From: Strigamia acuminata
Lineage: Eukaryota
Length of the DNA stretch: 64,000 nt
Direction of reading: 5' to 3'
Assembly: GCA_949358305.1 (NCBI GenBank)
Contig: OX442314.1
Location: forward strand, 9,672,001 to 9,736,000
Under the pieces are notes generated by a model. That model saw only the letters and a program-made list of their open reading frames with translations, did not search any database and was not told the origin of the DNA. How positions within the stretch are numbered: the first letter of the stretch is position 1; each line of letters starts with the position of its first letter. This document shows positions 13,736-26,600 of this stretch, piece by piece. The translations under genes were made by a program, and so were the position numbers.

Positions 13736-13940
13736 CATGGAACAAAAAATTAGATAAATATTTTTGTTATTAATTTTGATCACGTGGTTTCCAATGATAT
13801 AAGAACTCTCAAAAGCTTGTCCGCTAATAAAAAAACAAACCTCGCTTCTGAAACTAGTCAATTTCCCATCCCTTAATTACTACACAGAAAAGGAACCGAT
13901 CTATATTGTTGGGGCCTTGAAGCTTAAACTGTTATAGGGC

Positions 13941-14163
13941 CAGTGCTGGACTGGCCCGGCGAGATATCGGGAATTTCCCGGTGGCCCATGCCTTTGCGGC
14001 TCAGACAGGCCCAGCCTTTGTGGCCCGCCCGACTTATCCAGATTTCCCGGTATAAATTTGTTCCCCTGGCCCGACCTATCCAGATTTCCCGGTACTAAAT
14101 TAGTTCTCGTGGCCCGACCTATCCAGATTTCCCGGTACTAAATTTGTTCCCAGTCCGGCCCTG
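13941..14163. mobile_element. hAT-type MITE with internal tandem repeats of about 43 bp
   Basis: TIRs CAGTGCTGGACTGG versus CAGGGCCGGACTGG (reverse complement); flanks TATAGGGC / GATAGGGG; internal TGGCCCGACCTATCCAGATTTCCCGGTA repeats. Confidence 0.7.
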
Positions 14164-15662
14164 GATAGGGGCCCCTTCGTCATTGACAGCAATAGTGTGT
14201 ACATTTGAATACAGTTACGTTGTTAGCTGCTTTGACGTACATTAGAGCGTCGATTGTCCAACCTAAGTGGAAGAGGCAGGTGTTCATAAAACCGATTTGT
14301 CCAAACTTCTATTGGTTGAGTCATATCACTGGTGTAGTGGCACAAAAAAGTAGCCGATAATACCTGCTTCGGGTTCGTTAAAAATCGATCATCGCCGTTC
14401 GCTTAACCAATGTTCGGATAATCGACTCTCTTCTGTATAGCGCGGCGTCCGATAACCTGAGTTGTCCTTGGTTTAGTCCATCTCCGTTACAGCAAACACG
14501 CTTAAAGCACGAAAACCGGTGATTTCCCCCTGAAAAATAAATTACTGGTGTGTTAAACAGTGTTAGAAAAGTTATACATTTTTGGGGGGATGTCTGATGG
14601 CCTTTTGCAATACAAATTAAATTCCTGAGGCATTATTATCTCTTAAAAATAGTTAATTTAAATAATTTAATTTGAACAACAAAAAGATCCTGCTTGTTTG
14701 TGTCAATAGGTTACTGGCTGTCTGTTCAGATAACTGTCAAAACATTGTGGTTTCCTGATAACAGTTGTCTGACATGATACATGACAGGAAAATGTGTGGT
14801 ATTTCCATCATGGCATGAATACTGTGTTTTAGGAATGAAATTCTATGTTTGGGGATTATTCATTTTAGATTATAGCAGATGCCAGTTTATGTAAAAAAAA
14901 TTATTCAGTGTAAAGATCTGAATTTGTTGACTTCCAATCTCAGTTGTGATATGATTATTACAAGCAAATTATTATTATTGTTCCTTGTTTTAAAAAAAAA
15001 GCACACCAAAAACCTCTTGGATTGCTGTTTTATACAGTGCACTGAATTATTGTTAAGAAATATACTGAAAATATGTTTTATAGTGAAATGTAAATTGTTC
15101 TTTGATTTTTCAGATGATTTTTTTTGGTTTTTTTTATATATTTGTTTCAGTAAATGCAAATTTAATATTCATTTCATGACATTTTGTAATCCATTATGAC
15201 GATGATCTATTTTGTAAATTATATTGTTTGTATAAAGTTTTTAAAATGAAATTTAAAATATGAAAAATACATTTTGATGAATGAATTGTAAATAAAAATG
15301 AAACAAATTTTTGTTATGATTAAAAACATTTAAACAGAGTTACCTTTTTGACGTGATTTGGGTGATTAAATAAACGATTTGGTCACCGAAGTTGTTGGAT
15401 AATGGCGGAAAGATTTCGTTCGTCGCGCCCGTTAGAAATGTCTGTAAACTGTCCGACTTTCCTTTTTAAGATTCTAGAATTTTTTTAAACAAAATATTAC
15501 ATTTTTAATATAAAAAAAAAACATTTTTTATTTATTTAAAATAAACCAAACCAACTGGAATTACATCCAACATGCTCTAATTCACACTACTCTCACCAGA
15601 CAGCGATACCAACCCGTCAAATTTACGTTTAATGACGATGCTTCTGCTCAAAATAATTATTT

Positions 15663-17038
15663 TGGTGCGCCGTTTGATTTGTAGGTGGCGCCAGGTGGCC
15701 GAGTGAAAAATGAAATAAAATGAGATGAAACAAGTAAAACAAAAAAACTACGTTTTTGAAAAAGGCTTTTATGCTGTATCCCTGCGAAATTGGAATCCAG
15801 AATAAAAATTTGACAATTAAAAGATCGTTTTTTAGCAAATAAAAAAAAACTAAAGTTCAGATCAAAAAATTGTTGGCACCCTTTGAAAGAGCGGCAAATT
15901 CTGCACAGGAAACATATTTTAAATATTCTAATCGGTTTATTTTTCATATTTTTGGTTTTTAATGGTCGAATTCAAATTTCCCACTACATTTGCCACGCGG
16001 TCGCTGGCTACAATCGTAAAAAAACGTACTTTTTTTTTACCGAATCAAAAGAAAAAATATACAGGCTTGTGCAGAATGCAATTTCCAATCGAATGAGCCT
16101 GGTTTCAGAATTTTTAAATCCTTTTTTAGTACCGAAAACATCAAAATTCGTACCGGGCGAACATTTTGGCATCCATTAAAAAACACGGGTTCCGCCAGGT
16201 GGCGCTCCGGTTTGCTTACAGTTTGCCATAAATCCGAGCATAAATCAGAGTTTTAATTCATACTTCCAGTCCACAGCGCTTAAAAATGAGTCTTTTTTTT
16301 ATTTTTTTTTTATTATAATGTATGGAATGACCTGTTCTAGGGCTTGACAAAGCCCAAATTTTAATTTTTTGTTATGCTGAATTGATTTTTGGAAAAAACA
16401 CCCAAAATTAGACAAACCGAAAGTTGAAACACACACACACACACAAACGTTCAAGGTAAGTTAAATAAAATTTCAAAAAAATTGAAGTGGAAATTTGGAT
16501 CGTAAATATTTTTCTGAGTTTTTTTCGTTTTTACGTTTAAAAAATGTAGTTTTATATATTTTATTTTATAAAATTGACAAATAATTGAAATAAAAGATGT
16601 TTTTTGTTCTCAGTTTTTAATTTTTTTAATGATAATATGTAAATATCATTAAAAAAAAGATAAAATAAAATATGTTTTGTTCTCAATTTTTAATTTTTTT
16701 ATTGATATTATTGATATTATTTTTAATTTTTTTAATGATATTATTGATATTATTTTTAATTTTTTTAATGATATTATTATATGATATATTTAATGATATC
16801 ATTAAAAAAAATTAAAAATTGAGAATAAAACATCTTTTATTTCAATTATTTGTCAATTTTATAAAATAAAATATATAAAACTACATTTTTTAAACGTAAA
16901 AACGAAAAAAAACTCCGAAAAATATTTACGATCCAAATTTCCACTTTAATTTTTTTTTAATTTTATTAAATTTCATTAAATTTTATTCTATTTTTCACAT
17001 GGCCACCTGGCGCCACCTACAAACCAAACGGCGCACCA
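15663..17038. repeat. Outer inverted repeat of about 49 bp (15663-15711 / 16990-17038) carrying CTCF-like motifs
   Basis: TGGTGCGCCGTTTG(A/G)TTTGTAGGTGGCGCCAGGTGGCC on both arms in opposite orientation. Confidence 0.8.
16475..16958. repeat. Long AT-rich inverted repeat (arms about 160 bp), foldback/MITE-like
   Basis: About 16475-16634 is nearly the reverse complement of about 16797-16958. Confidence 0.85.
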
Positions 17039-17182
17039 CCCAATTCCCTATTACGTCACAATTACTCACTTCCTTTTCCGCTCGCTATGTGCCAAGTATA
17101 AACAAGAAGCATCCAGGGCGTGAAGTGAAATGACCGGTAGAAGCTGAGCGACTTCGACGTATTCTAGCCATCGAACAGTGTC

Positions 17183-20100
17183 ATGTCAACCTACATCGAA
17201 TGGCTGCGCGACTCGAGTTTGGTCTGGTCTTTCCAGCGCTACTTCGGCGTGGTCAAACTAACCAAAGCCGACACTCACTCGAACGGGTACGAACTAAAGC
17301 CGAACTCGACCGACAACGAGAACGAGAAGAATGCGGAAACGCATGCGCGCAACCGGTCTAAGCCCGAGTTGACTTTGTCGAGCGACGAGACCGTGTCGGA
17401 GTCGGACAGCGGCGATGGGTTCAACGGCGAGCAGTCGTACATGATAACGAACAAGTTTTGGTACCATTTGTTCTGTTTCGGAACTGCTTTAGGAGACGAG
17501 AATTTTTACACCTCGTTTTTTCCATTTTGGTTCTGGAATATTGACGGAGCAGTCGGACGACGCGTAGTGATGATTTGGGTGCTCATCATGTACATAGGAC
17601 AAGGCCTTAAAGATATTATATGTTGGCCCAGGCCGTTTTCGCCGCCCGCCGTCAAATTGGAGAAGAAGTGGGCGCTGGAGTTCGGCATGCCTTCTACGCA
17701 TGCTATGGTCGGCCTTGGTGTGCCCTTTACTATTTTGTACTACACCATGTATCGATACGAGGTAGGGTATAGGGAAAAGGCGAAATGATGCGTGGAAGTC
17801 GATTTTTTTTAGTGGGGTTGCGCACGGGTACAAAATGGTTAGGAATTTGCAATTTTCAGTGGGAAATTTGATGGGATTTTGTTGGATAATCTTGTTACTG
17901 GTTAATTTAATTTAATTTTTAATTATTTAATTAATTTATTCGATTTAATAATTTGATTTAATTTAATGATTCATTGAAGGAAATCTGGTTTTTGATTTTT
18001 TTAAAGGAAATTTGAGTTTAAAAAAATCAAAATGGTAGAGAACACTGTATATGTTTGATGGCAGTGATTGATGCAATTTTTGTTCTGGAGGAAAATGTTT
18101 TTGAAAAGTGAATAGATAATATTGCTTTAAATTTTATTTTATTTCTTTTTTTAAATAAAAATTACAGGGACAAAATTATTGACAAGGATGAACATGAAAA
18201 TAAAATAAAATAAATATTTCATTCTATTCTATAAACAGACTAAATCGGTGGCAAATTTTGAAATTAGATGGAGACAAGCAATTTTTAAATGCACTTTAGT
18301 CTAAATAATTACTTCCCCAAAGTGGGTTTTTTTGGTCCACAAATAAGTTTTGCACTTCGGCATCAGACCATAAATAAATAAAAATAGAAATAAAATACGA
18401 ATGTTGTCGCCGATGTTTGATTTATTATAAACTTTAAAAAAAAAAATTTTAATCTTGTATAATTGGAACTACATAAAAATTTGGTTTGTTTTACGTAAAT
18501 GTTACATATGCTCCAAACCGGTACAACATTGTCCTAATTCCTATTGGTTGAGCCGTCTCACTGGTGTAGTAGCACAAAAAAGTAGCCCATAACACCAGAA
18601 TTGTAATCTAACTGAGTAACTAGGCAAAACAACACACTGTACGAACATTGTTTGATTGATTAAAAGGGGAAAAAGCTTATTTAGCAAATAAAATAAACAT
18701 TTTACTACCAAATAAATAAAATCCATCATTCTAATCACTTTTTACACGGGAATTCATTGAAAATAAACAGAACTACTTTTCCGCGTAGTAGAGCACAGTC
18801 CACAGTTAGGCGTAATCCGGCTCAACCAATTGGGAAATAGGACAACGTTGTATTGGTTTGGAGTATAGGACCTAGTTCCATCAAAATTTGACCGCAACTG
18901 AATGTGATGTGGGTCCGACAAAAAATATTATTGTTACAAAAAATTCTTAAATTTCATTTTTAATTATTATTTTTATAATTCCCCGATTTATTTTCATGGG
19001 GAATCCCTGAATTAATGTTGTGGGATTTTATGTGTCCGCAAAATACGGTATTCAGTTTGATTTTAGGCTTATGGCATCATCTCCATGAAAAGATTAATTC
19101 TAATGGAAAACATGAATTTATTTGTGATTCAAGTTTGTTTTTATATCCGGCCTATTTATAACATGTTTATAACATGTTTCACCTGTGTGGGCAATTCAAT
19201 ACCGAATAAAAATAAAGGATATAAGAAAAATATAAATAAATAATAAAAAATGGGATAAATAATTGGTTGTTTTGTAGAAATAAAAATGTGTTTTTCTTTA
19301 AAATATAATGGGAATTATGGAGATTATTATCTGCAAGTGGATATGAAGCCTGACAGTTCCATTTGAAAAAGTTTAATGATAATCTTGAATTTCCTGAACC
19401 GAATTGGCTAGAGTCACAGTTTGTGCAGGATTCAATTCACACTGCATATATAGAAATTATTAGACAAAAAATATTAAAAGATAATTAATTAAAAGATAAT
19501 AAATTAGAAATTCGTGTTAGACAATGGTGGGAATGAATTACAGACACAAATAAATTATTTATGAATGATCTTTTGGAAGTATTTTCAGGTTTTATTGTGA
19601 TTAAATTATTGTATAATTTTGTTTTCATAATTCCAATGATGTTTTTGTTTTTCTTTTCAGTACCCAGTATTTCTCGGCTTTATTTTATGCCTCGCTTGGT
19701 GCGTCATAGTCTGCCTAAGCCGGATTTATTTAGGAATGCATACAGTTTTGGTAAATCATAAATCGAGATTTTTAAAATTATCATTTTTATGTGCAAAAAT
19801 TAATTTGTAAAAGCAAAAATTAATTTTTTAAAAGCAAAAATTAATTTTTTAAAAGAAAAAATGCATTTTTAAGAGGAAAAATGCATTTCTAAGAGCAAAA
19901 ATGCATTTCTAAGAGCAAATATGCATTTTTAAGAGCAAAAATGCATTTTTAAGAGCAAAAATGCAATTTATAAGAGCAAAAATGTATCTTTAAGAGCAAA
20001 AATGCAATTTTAAAAGCAAAAATGCAATTTTTAGAGCAAAAATGCAATTTTTAGAGCAAAAATGCAATTTTTAGAGCAAAAATGCAATTTTTAGAGCAAA

Positions 20101-21130
20101 AATGCAATTTTTAGACCAAAAATGCATTTCTAAGAGCAAAAATGCATTTCTAAGAGCAAAAATGCATTTCTAAGAGCAAAAATGCATTTTTAAGAGCAAA
20201 AATGCAATTTATAAGAGCAAAAATGTATCTTTAAGAGCAAAAATGTATCTTTAAGAGCAAAAATGCAATTTTAAAAGCAAAAATGCAATTTTTAGAGCAA
20301 AATTGCAATTTTTAGAGCAAAAATGCAATTTTAAGACCAAAAATGCATTTTTAAGACCAAATATGCATTTCTAAGAGCAAAAATGCATTTTTTTAAGAGC
20401 AAAAATGCATTCCTAAGACCAAAAATGCATTTATTGACAGTTATAAATAAAAACTATTGGAATTTCCTTTACACACACTGCGATAATTCTCCAAATCTTG
20501 ACCAAACAAACAAACAAACAAAAATAATAAAAACCTCTTTTGGTGTTTTGTTTTCCCCAGGATATTATAGGCGGACTACTTCTGACCGTAGTTTTACTGG
20601 CTGTGTTTCTCCCTATCCTGGACCATCTCGACCATTTCCAACTGACCAACTTGTATTCGCCGATAATCATCGTAGGCACCATCCTATTCCTGGTCATCGC
20701 TTACCCAGCAGGACCAATATGGACGCCGGCGCGCGGTGACACGACCATCATCCTCGGCGTTGGAGCCGGCTGCTCGTTCGGCTCGTGGCTCAACTACAAA
20801 CTAAAAATCATTCGCGGTCCTCCCATACCTCCGCCGTACAAGATTCTATGGCCGACCTACGAAATGATCGGACTGACCCTCCTGCGTTCCTGCATAGGCA
20901 TTTTGATAGTCGTGGGCACGCGCGCCTTCTTCAAATCCATCAGTTACATTTTGGTCTGTTGGATCTTCCGGCTGGATCCAAAGGACAAGGAGAACAACCA
21001 AAAAATCGTGGTGGAGTTGTCGTGTAAATTTATTACTTACGCGGTCATCGGCTTTAACGTGAGTTATTTGTCGCCGGCCGTGTTCCGGTTCTTGAACATT
21101 GAACGGGCCACCATGTACACAGAAGTGTGA
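17183..21130 (+). CDS. SGPP: Sphingosine-1-phosphate phosphatase (SGPP1/2 family, PAP2 fold), about 412 aa; exons 17183-17761, 19661-19750, 20561-21130
   Basis: PAP2 motifs [13 protein letters not shown] and SRIYLGMH (the last in the 90-nt middle exon); multiple TM segments; phase-0 GT-AG introns. Confidence 0.93.
18507..18867. mobile_element. MITE with imperfect TIRs of about 48 bp in SGPP intron 1
   Basis: TATGCTCCAAACCGGTACAACATTGTCC..ATTGGTTGAGCCG versus its reverse complement at about 18818-18867; internal part resembles 14311-14365. Confidence 0.65.
19790..20430. repeat. 20-bp minisatellite (AAGAGCAAAAATGCATTTTT-like)
   Basis: About 30 units filling most of SGPP intron 2. Confidence 0.95.
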
Positions 21131-21463
21131 TTTTTTGGATGAAATACTTTTTAGGGTTAAATAAGTCAAGTTGTTTTTTTTTTAGTTGTTGAAGTAGGTT
21201 TAATCAAGTTGGGAATTTTTTCCATTTTTTCTTTTCTCCTAAAAACTGCTCAATACTTATAGATTTTTTTTTTTTTTTTTTTTTTTTTTATGAAATGGAG
21301 ATTATTATTATTTAATGTTAAGTCATGTGGAAAACATTCCTGGTGCTTTTTGATTTCTGTAGTTGATTATTATGAATAAAAGCTGGAAAAGTGGGTTGTA
21401 TGTATCTTTTGGAATGGATGTTTTGGGAGAACTGGAAATGAATTAGAATTTCTTTTTGATTTA

Positions 21464-22176
21464 CCGTACCGCAACGTTTAATATAGACTTTGACCGATAC
21501 CGGTATCGGCTATCGGCCGATATTTCGGTATTCACCGATACCGGATCCGATATTTTTTTGCATGGTCGATACCGATATTGCCACCTTTCTAAAACGTATC
21601 GTTTTAGACTAAAACGATACGTTTTAGAAACGCTTTTGAAGCAGTACCATATTATATACTGCTTCAAAAACGTTTCTAAAACATAAAATAAATTAATAAA
21701 CGCAATTTTAATTTTCTTTTTTTATTTTGGGGGGTTGGGGGAGAGGGTCGGACATTTTAATTTTAATATCGGCGCAGGTATCGGTGTCGGCCGGTATTCG
21801 GTTACCGATTATCGGTTGCTGATTATCGGTATTGGCGATACTGCAAAATATCGATATCGGTCAAAGTCTAGTTTAATAGCCTGGGTTCATTAAGGCGCCG
21901 GCCCCGTTTTAACGTCTGGCAGTTATCGAACCTAAATTCTGAACGCGCCTGGTCCGTATTAACGCCGGGTTTCAAATTGGCACAAGGTAAACATAACGTC
22001 CAGATAACGTGCCTCACACGTTCGGCAAAAGACATTAATTTTCCCGCTTCAATTATTATCTTTTTTTTTTATTATAGACACTTTTTCTGGACAAACGTCG
22101 TGTTTCAAATTAGCGCCGGGGGAGGGGGGCAGCCAAAAAAAATTATACGCCTGGGCTATTAAACGGGGCGGTACTG
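21464..22176. mobile_element. Tc1/mariner-type MITE (TA-flanked) whose left TIR is interrupted by a hAT MITE
   Basis: Left CCGTACCGCAACGTTTAATA|GCC versus right (reverse complement) CAGTACCGCCCCGTTTAATAGCC; TA at 21462-21463 and 22177-22178. Confidence 0.7.
21484..21870. mobile_element. hAT-type MITE
   Basis: Perfect 16-bp TIR TAGACTTTGACCGATA; perfect 8-bp TSD GTTTAATA at 21476-21483 and 21871-21878; internal palindromes. Confidence 0.9.
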
Positions 22177-22939
22177 TATACAAGATAAAAAAAATTAAGA
22201 AAATAACTTGTTACAGAAAATTTTACAAGTTTTTATTTTGGAAAAGTTTGTCTAAATTTTCAAAATTTCAAAAATTTTACCAAATATTTTCATAAACGTG
22301 AAAACTTCTCTAAAGATTGACAAATTTAATAAAAAATTTTCAAAATTTAATTTAAAAAAACATCAAAACCTTCAAAACTTGACCAAAAGTTCCAAAAATT
22401 GCATCAAAATTTAACAAACAATATCCTCAAATTCAATGTTCCAATATTAGAAAATAATAATTGATCCCACCAATAAATTGTTAATGTTTTTTGTGATAAT
22501 TCACGTTTAATTTTTTATAAATAATCGCACCAAGTCATCAACTGCACACTGCAACTGTCAGTTATGATTTATGAATTATAGAACTACAGTTTGACTTGGG
22601 GCACCAAGAAAAAAATCTTGAAATATTAAGTGCTCAGTGAACTGAAAAATGTTGGTAACCATTGCTCAAATTCATTGAAATTTATTCACAATCCACAAAC
22701 TTAACAGTTAAAACACATGTTTTCACTCATTTCTCAAAACCATTGACATCTTGAACAAGCCTATTTGCTTTGTTATTGTGAATTTTACATTTTATATTTT
22801 ATATTCTCAGGCCGAGCCAAAATAATAATAAAAAAACACCTTAAATTTAATAAAAACCAGAAGCAAATAAATCTTCTCTCTGTTAACACAATATAAACAG
22901 CTGGTTTCAATTTCTGTACAGTCAAAGTCGTTTCCGGTT

Positions 22940-23235
22940 TCAAGTGAACGGCGCCATATTGAATAATCTAACTAACCCTAAACCCGCTAACACTGAAAAA
23001 AATAAAAAATAAATAAATGAAAATCATATTTTAAAATATAAAATTTGTGTAATTTTTTTTTGCATTTACTTGTCGATGAAACTCCAACAATTATTTTCGA
23101 AGAAATATTCGGCGAACGTTTAAATTGCGTCATAACAAATCCAGCTGCGCCCATTAGACAAACGCCATTTACCAGCCTACATTCTAAACAATCCTTTACT
23201 TCTTCCTCACTAGTGCTACCTTTAGTCACAGACAT
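22940..23235 (-). CDS. Small DUF4536/DMAC1(TMEM261)-like membrane protein, 72 aa; exons 23235-23070, 22992-22940
   Basis: Spliced product MSVTKGSTSEEEVKDCLECRLVNGVCLMGAAGFVMTQFKRSPNISSKIIVGVSSTMLAGLGLVRLFNMAPFT: DCxxCR motif followed by two hydrophobic helices; phase-1 GT-AG intron. Confidence 0.7.
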
Positions 23236-23682
23236 CGTTTACAACCTAAAGAAAAATTATAAAATCACCCCGAGTCAGTTTAAAATGCACAAAAATACAT
23301 ACCAGCAGCTACAGGAAGAAAATCAAGCATAATTCCCGATTTTCCCACACGAGGGCGAAAAACTACGGAAGCTTTGAAGATCCATTTGTGTATTTCACAA
23401 TATTTCTTTTATGGCCGTGGATATTCCCACAAACGTTTGTGGGAATAGACATGTGTCTATTTCCACAAACGTTTGTGGGAATAGATGGCCGTCACTGGGC
23501 CGGCTATTTCCACAAACAGCCATCATTCGGCCGGCTATGGTATGGTGCGCCAAAAACGCGCTATGTGAAGTTTCGGGTTGCCGAGGACGGGAGGACGGGA
23601 ACGTAGCGAGAACATGAAAACGAGACGAACCAATGGCGTGGGGAGAAGCTCAAAGAATGTCGAAATTATGTAAAACTGATTT

Positions 23683-26600
23683 TTATTCACTAATATCAAT
23701 TACATTAGCTTCTGTCATAAGAATGCAACGATCACAAATAAACTGTTTTGTTTGAATGGCCTTCACATTCGTATTCTGTTTAACCAAACATGCTCTATGG
23801 AAATCTTCTTTGCATGTACAGCATTTTATAACCATTCGAGTATTTCTTTTTTTCCTGCAATAACACATTACTCTGTCATGAACTGTTGTTTTAGGAGAGT
23901 CGTAAACTTCCCGACGTGTAAAGGGAAATAAGATGAATTTTTCATCTTGATGGGAAAATCTTTCAATCAAATGTGATCTTAGTCGAGCTTTATCAAATAC
24001 GAAATTACTTGGATTTTCTTCATGACAAAGTAATAGTGAAATTGCTATAGCATGTAGGCCACAATCATGACCATTGTCCTGCTTCATAATATCATGAAAA
24101 CGAAATGTCATTTGAAAAGAAGAATCTATAGTGCGGACCAAACTACTAGCAATGGATATATTATCAGGATTGATGTCAGAGTAGAGAGAATCATATACAT
24201 CTACGAAAATCATACTATCATTAATGTGCCCAGCAATAACATTCCAATGATTGCCATTAACATGGCAAATTTGGATAAAATCACCATTGCAAGGAGTAAA
24301 TGCAGGTGGATTATATGCTGCAAACGTGGTTCTTTGGAGGCCTTGGGTCATTGGAAAATCTCGCTTTGTCATGCATGTTGCTGCGTACATGATAGATGCA
24401 TCAAGCCAATCATCGCAGAGCAAAATATCTAAATGACTTTGCTTCAGTTGGACCTCCGAGCATACTTCAACCCAATCAATATCTGGGTTGACAAGTTTTG
24501 TTTTGAATTTTTTTGCTGTACGCAGTGATGGTTTCGGCAGAGTCCTTTTTCTTCCTATTGCGGTTAGGATAGCACCTTTGGGACGACCTCTCACTTTTAC
24601 TCTATCTGGAAAGCGTCCAACAACATCAAAAATAATTTCATTTTCCAAGCCATCTGCATCTGAACATATGCCATGCTCTGAACGATTCACATCTGAACCT
24701 GTACCATTTTCTGGATTATTCACGTCTGGCTTTGAACCGTCTTCTGGACCTACGCCATGTTCTGAACAATTCACATCTGAATCTGTAGCATTCTCCAGAC
24801 CATTTACACTCGGATTAGAAGCACAATTTGTATCATGGGTGGATATAATTTCAACTGCAACTACTTTTCGATTTTCAGCCCACAATGAATTAATTTCTTT
24901 AAGAAACTGCATTCTGTTCTTGAATTCTTCGCTGCTACAAGATTTCATCTTCTCTGATAAAGCATCTAACTGGGTTTTTGCTTCACTAAACTTCTGGGAC
25001 TCAGTTAATGTATCGCTAGAACTATTAGTTACTCTCACTAACCCATCTGGCTTAACGATAGATGCTTCCTGGAACGATTCGTTCGAGTAACTACGCGTCC
25101 ATCTTTGGGATACTAGACTAGGATCAAAGATTTCTAAATCCAAGTGCTTCCTAACTGAAAAGATATGACAACAAGGCAACTTTTTCATTGAAAAAAGACT
25201 GCAAGTACAACTACTTTCGGATGTCTCTGAAATACGATGTGGAGGAATATTAACGGCAAACTTCCCATTAGACAAATTAGTGATAGTTTTACAGTTTTCA
25301 CTTGTGACGTACTCTCCAACAATTATGTAACATGCAAATGGAGTTGCAGTGCTAGCAACAGAACTAACCACTGACATAGGTGCTGACGTTCTAAGCTGAG
25401 TAACTTTTAAACGCTGATTAAACGAAATCATATGAAGTTTATCCCACAAGTCACTCAAAAAAATCTTCAAATTTAAGTAAAATATGTCCAAGTATGAATA
25501 ACGTTTGATTACCTTCTTTATCTTGTTGTTCATTGACTCAATTCTGTTATTTGTAGTGTTGCCCAAGTTGTATGTCTGAATCCGACTGTACATTGACCAG
25601 CTTTCGCGGATCGCATACCAGCGGTCCAGAAAAAGGGGAAAGATGTTGTGGTTCGAAAATTTCTCTTCAAATTCAGAAAAACTTGCTTCAAAAGAACTGA
25701 GCTCATAAGCGTAGGCCATTTGTTCTAGTAATCGTTTCGCATCATCTGCCTTATCACTTGGAAATTTTTGATCATCAACCAAAGCCTTGAAATTTTTGAG
25801 AACATGAAACAAGCAAAGTTCATGTTTTGCTTGTGGAAAGTACTTTTCTATTAGAGAAATTTCAGTGAAATCTTTGTCTGTCATAAAAGAGATGGTTGTC
25901 GATGTACATGGATTTCTTTCCACAAGAGTGGCAACAAAGAATTCAACATTTTCCTTCGTCTCGGCAGCAACAAGACCAAATGCCACTGGAATCGTGATAT
26001 TATTACCATCAACAATGGATGCAATGTACAAGGGCATGCGGCAGTTAACAAGGCAATATGTTGCATCCATAGAAATATGCTCAGGGTATCGTTCAAAAAG
26101 TGTACGCTGCCAAGAAAATTGGAAAAAGCAAACACGAATTTCTGAATCCACTTCTAAAGTTGCAATGACCATTCCCTGGTCTTGCTTCTTGTCTAAACGT
26201 AAACTTGAAACAAATTTCTCTCCATCGTTTATGCCAGGCGGTCGGTTGGTAGACTCCAATTTAGCCCTTATATTGTGTACATCTTTCGATGTTGCAGAAA
26301 CATTCCCCTTCTCTTTGACGAAATTTTTGACTGCAGAGACTGTTACTCCATGTTCGAGCAACAACATAGTATTGTCTTTAATGTGTTCTGTGTCCGAACG
26401 ACTTTTTGAAAATGCCCAAGTACTTGTCCCATCTTCAAGCGTATTCTCAAGCAACCGTGGAATTTTATAACCCAATCCTCGCACTGCTCGATTAATCGAA
26501 TATGATCTGTAAAGATCTGAACCCATTTCATGGGTGTGTGTGTTATCAAAGCTTCGAATAACAAACAAACTTTTTCGTTTATCCCAACCAACATGCAAGT

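Noticed and set aside
24067..26470. Plus-strand ORFs of 120-200 aa inside the MULE
   Set aside because: Antisense shadows of the transposase frame with no recognisable motifs.
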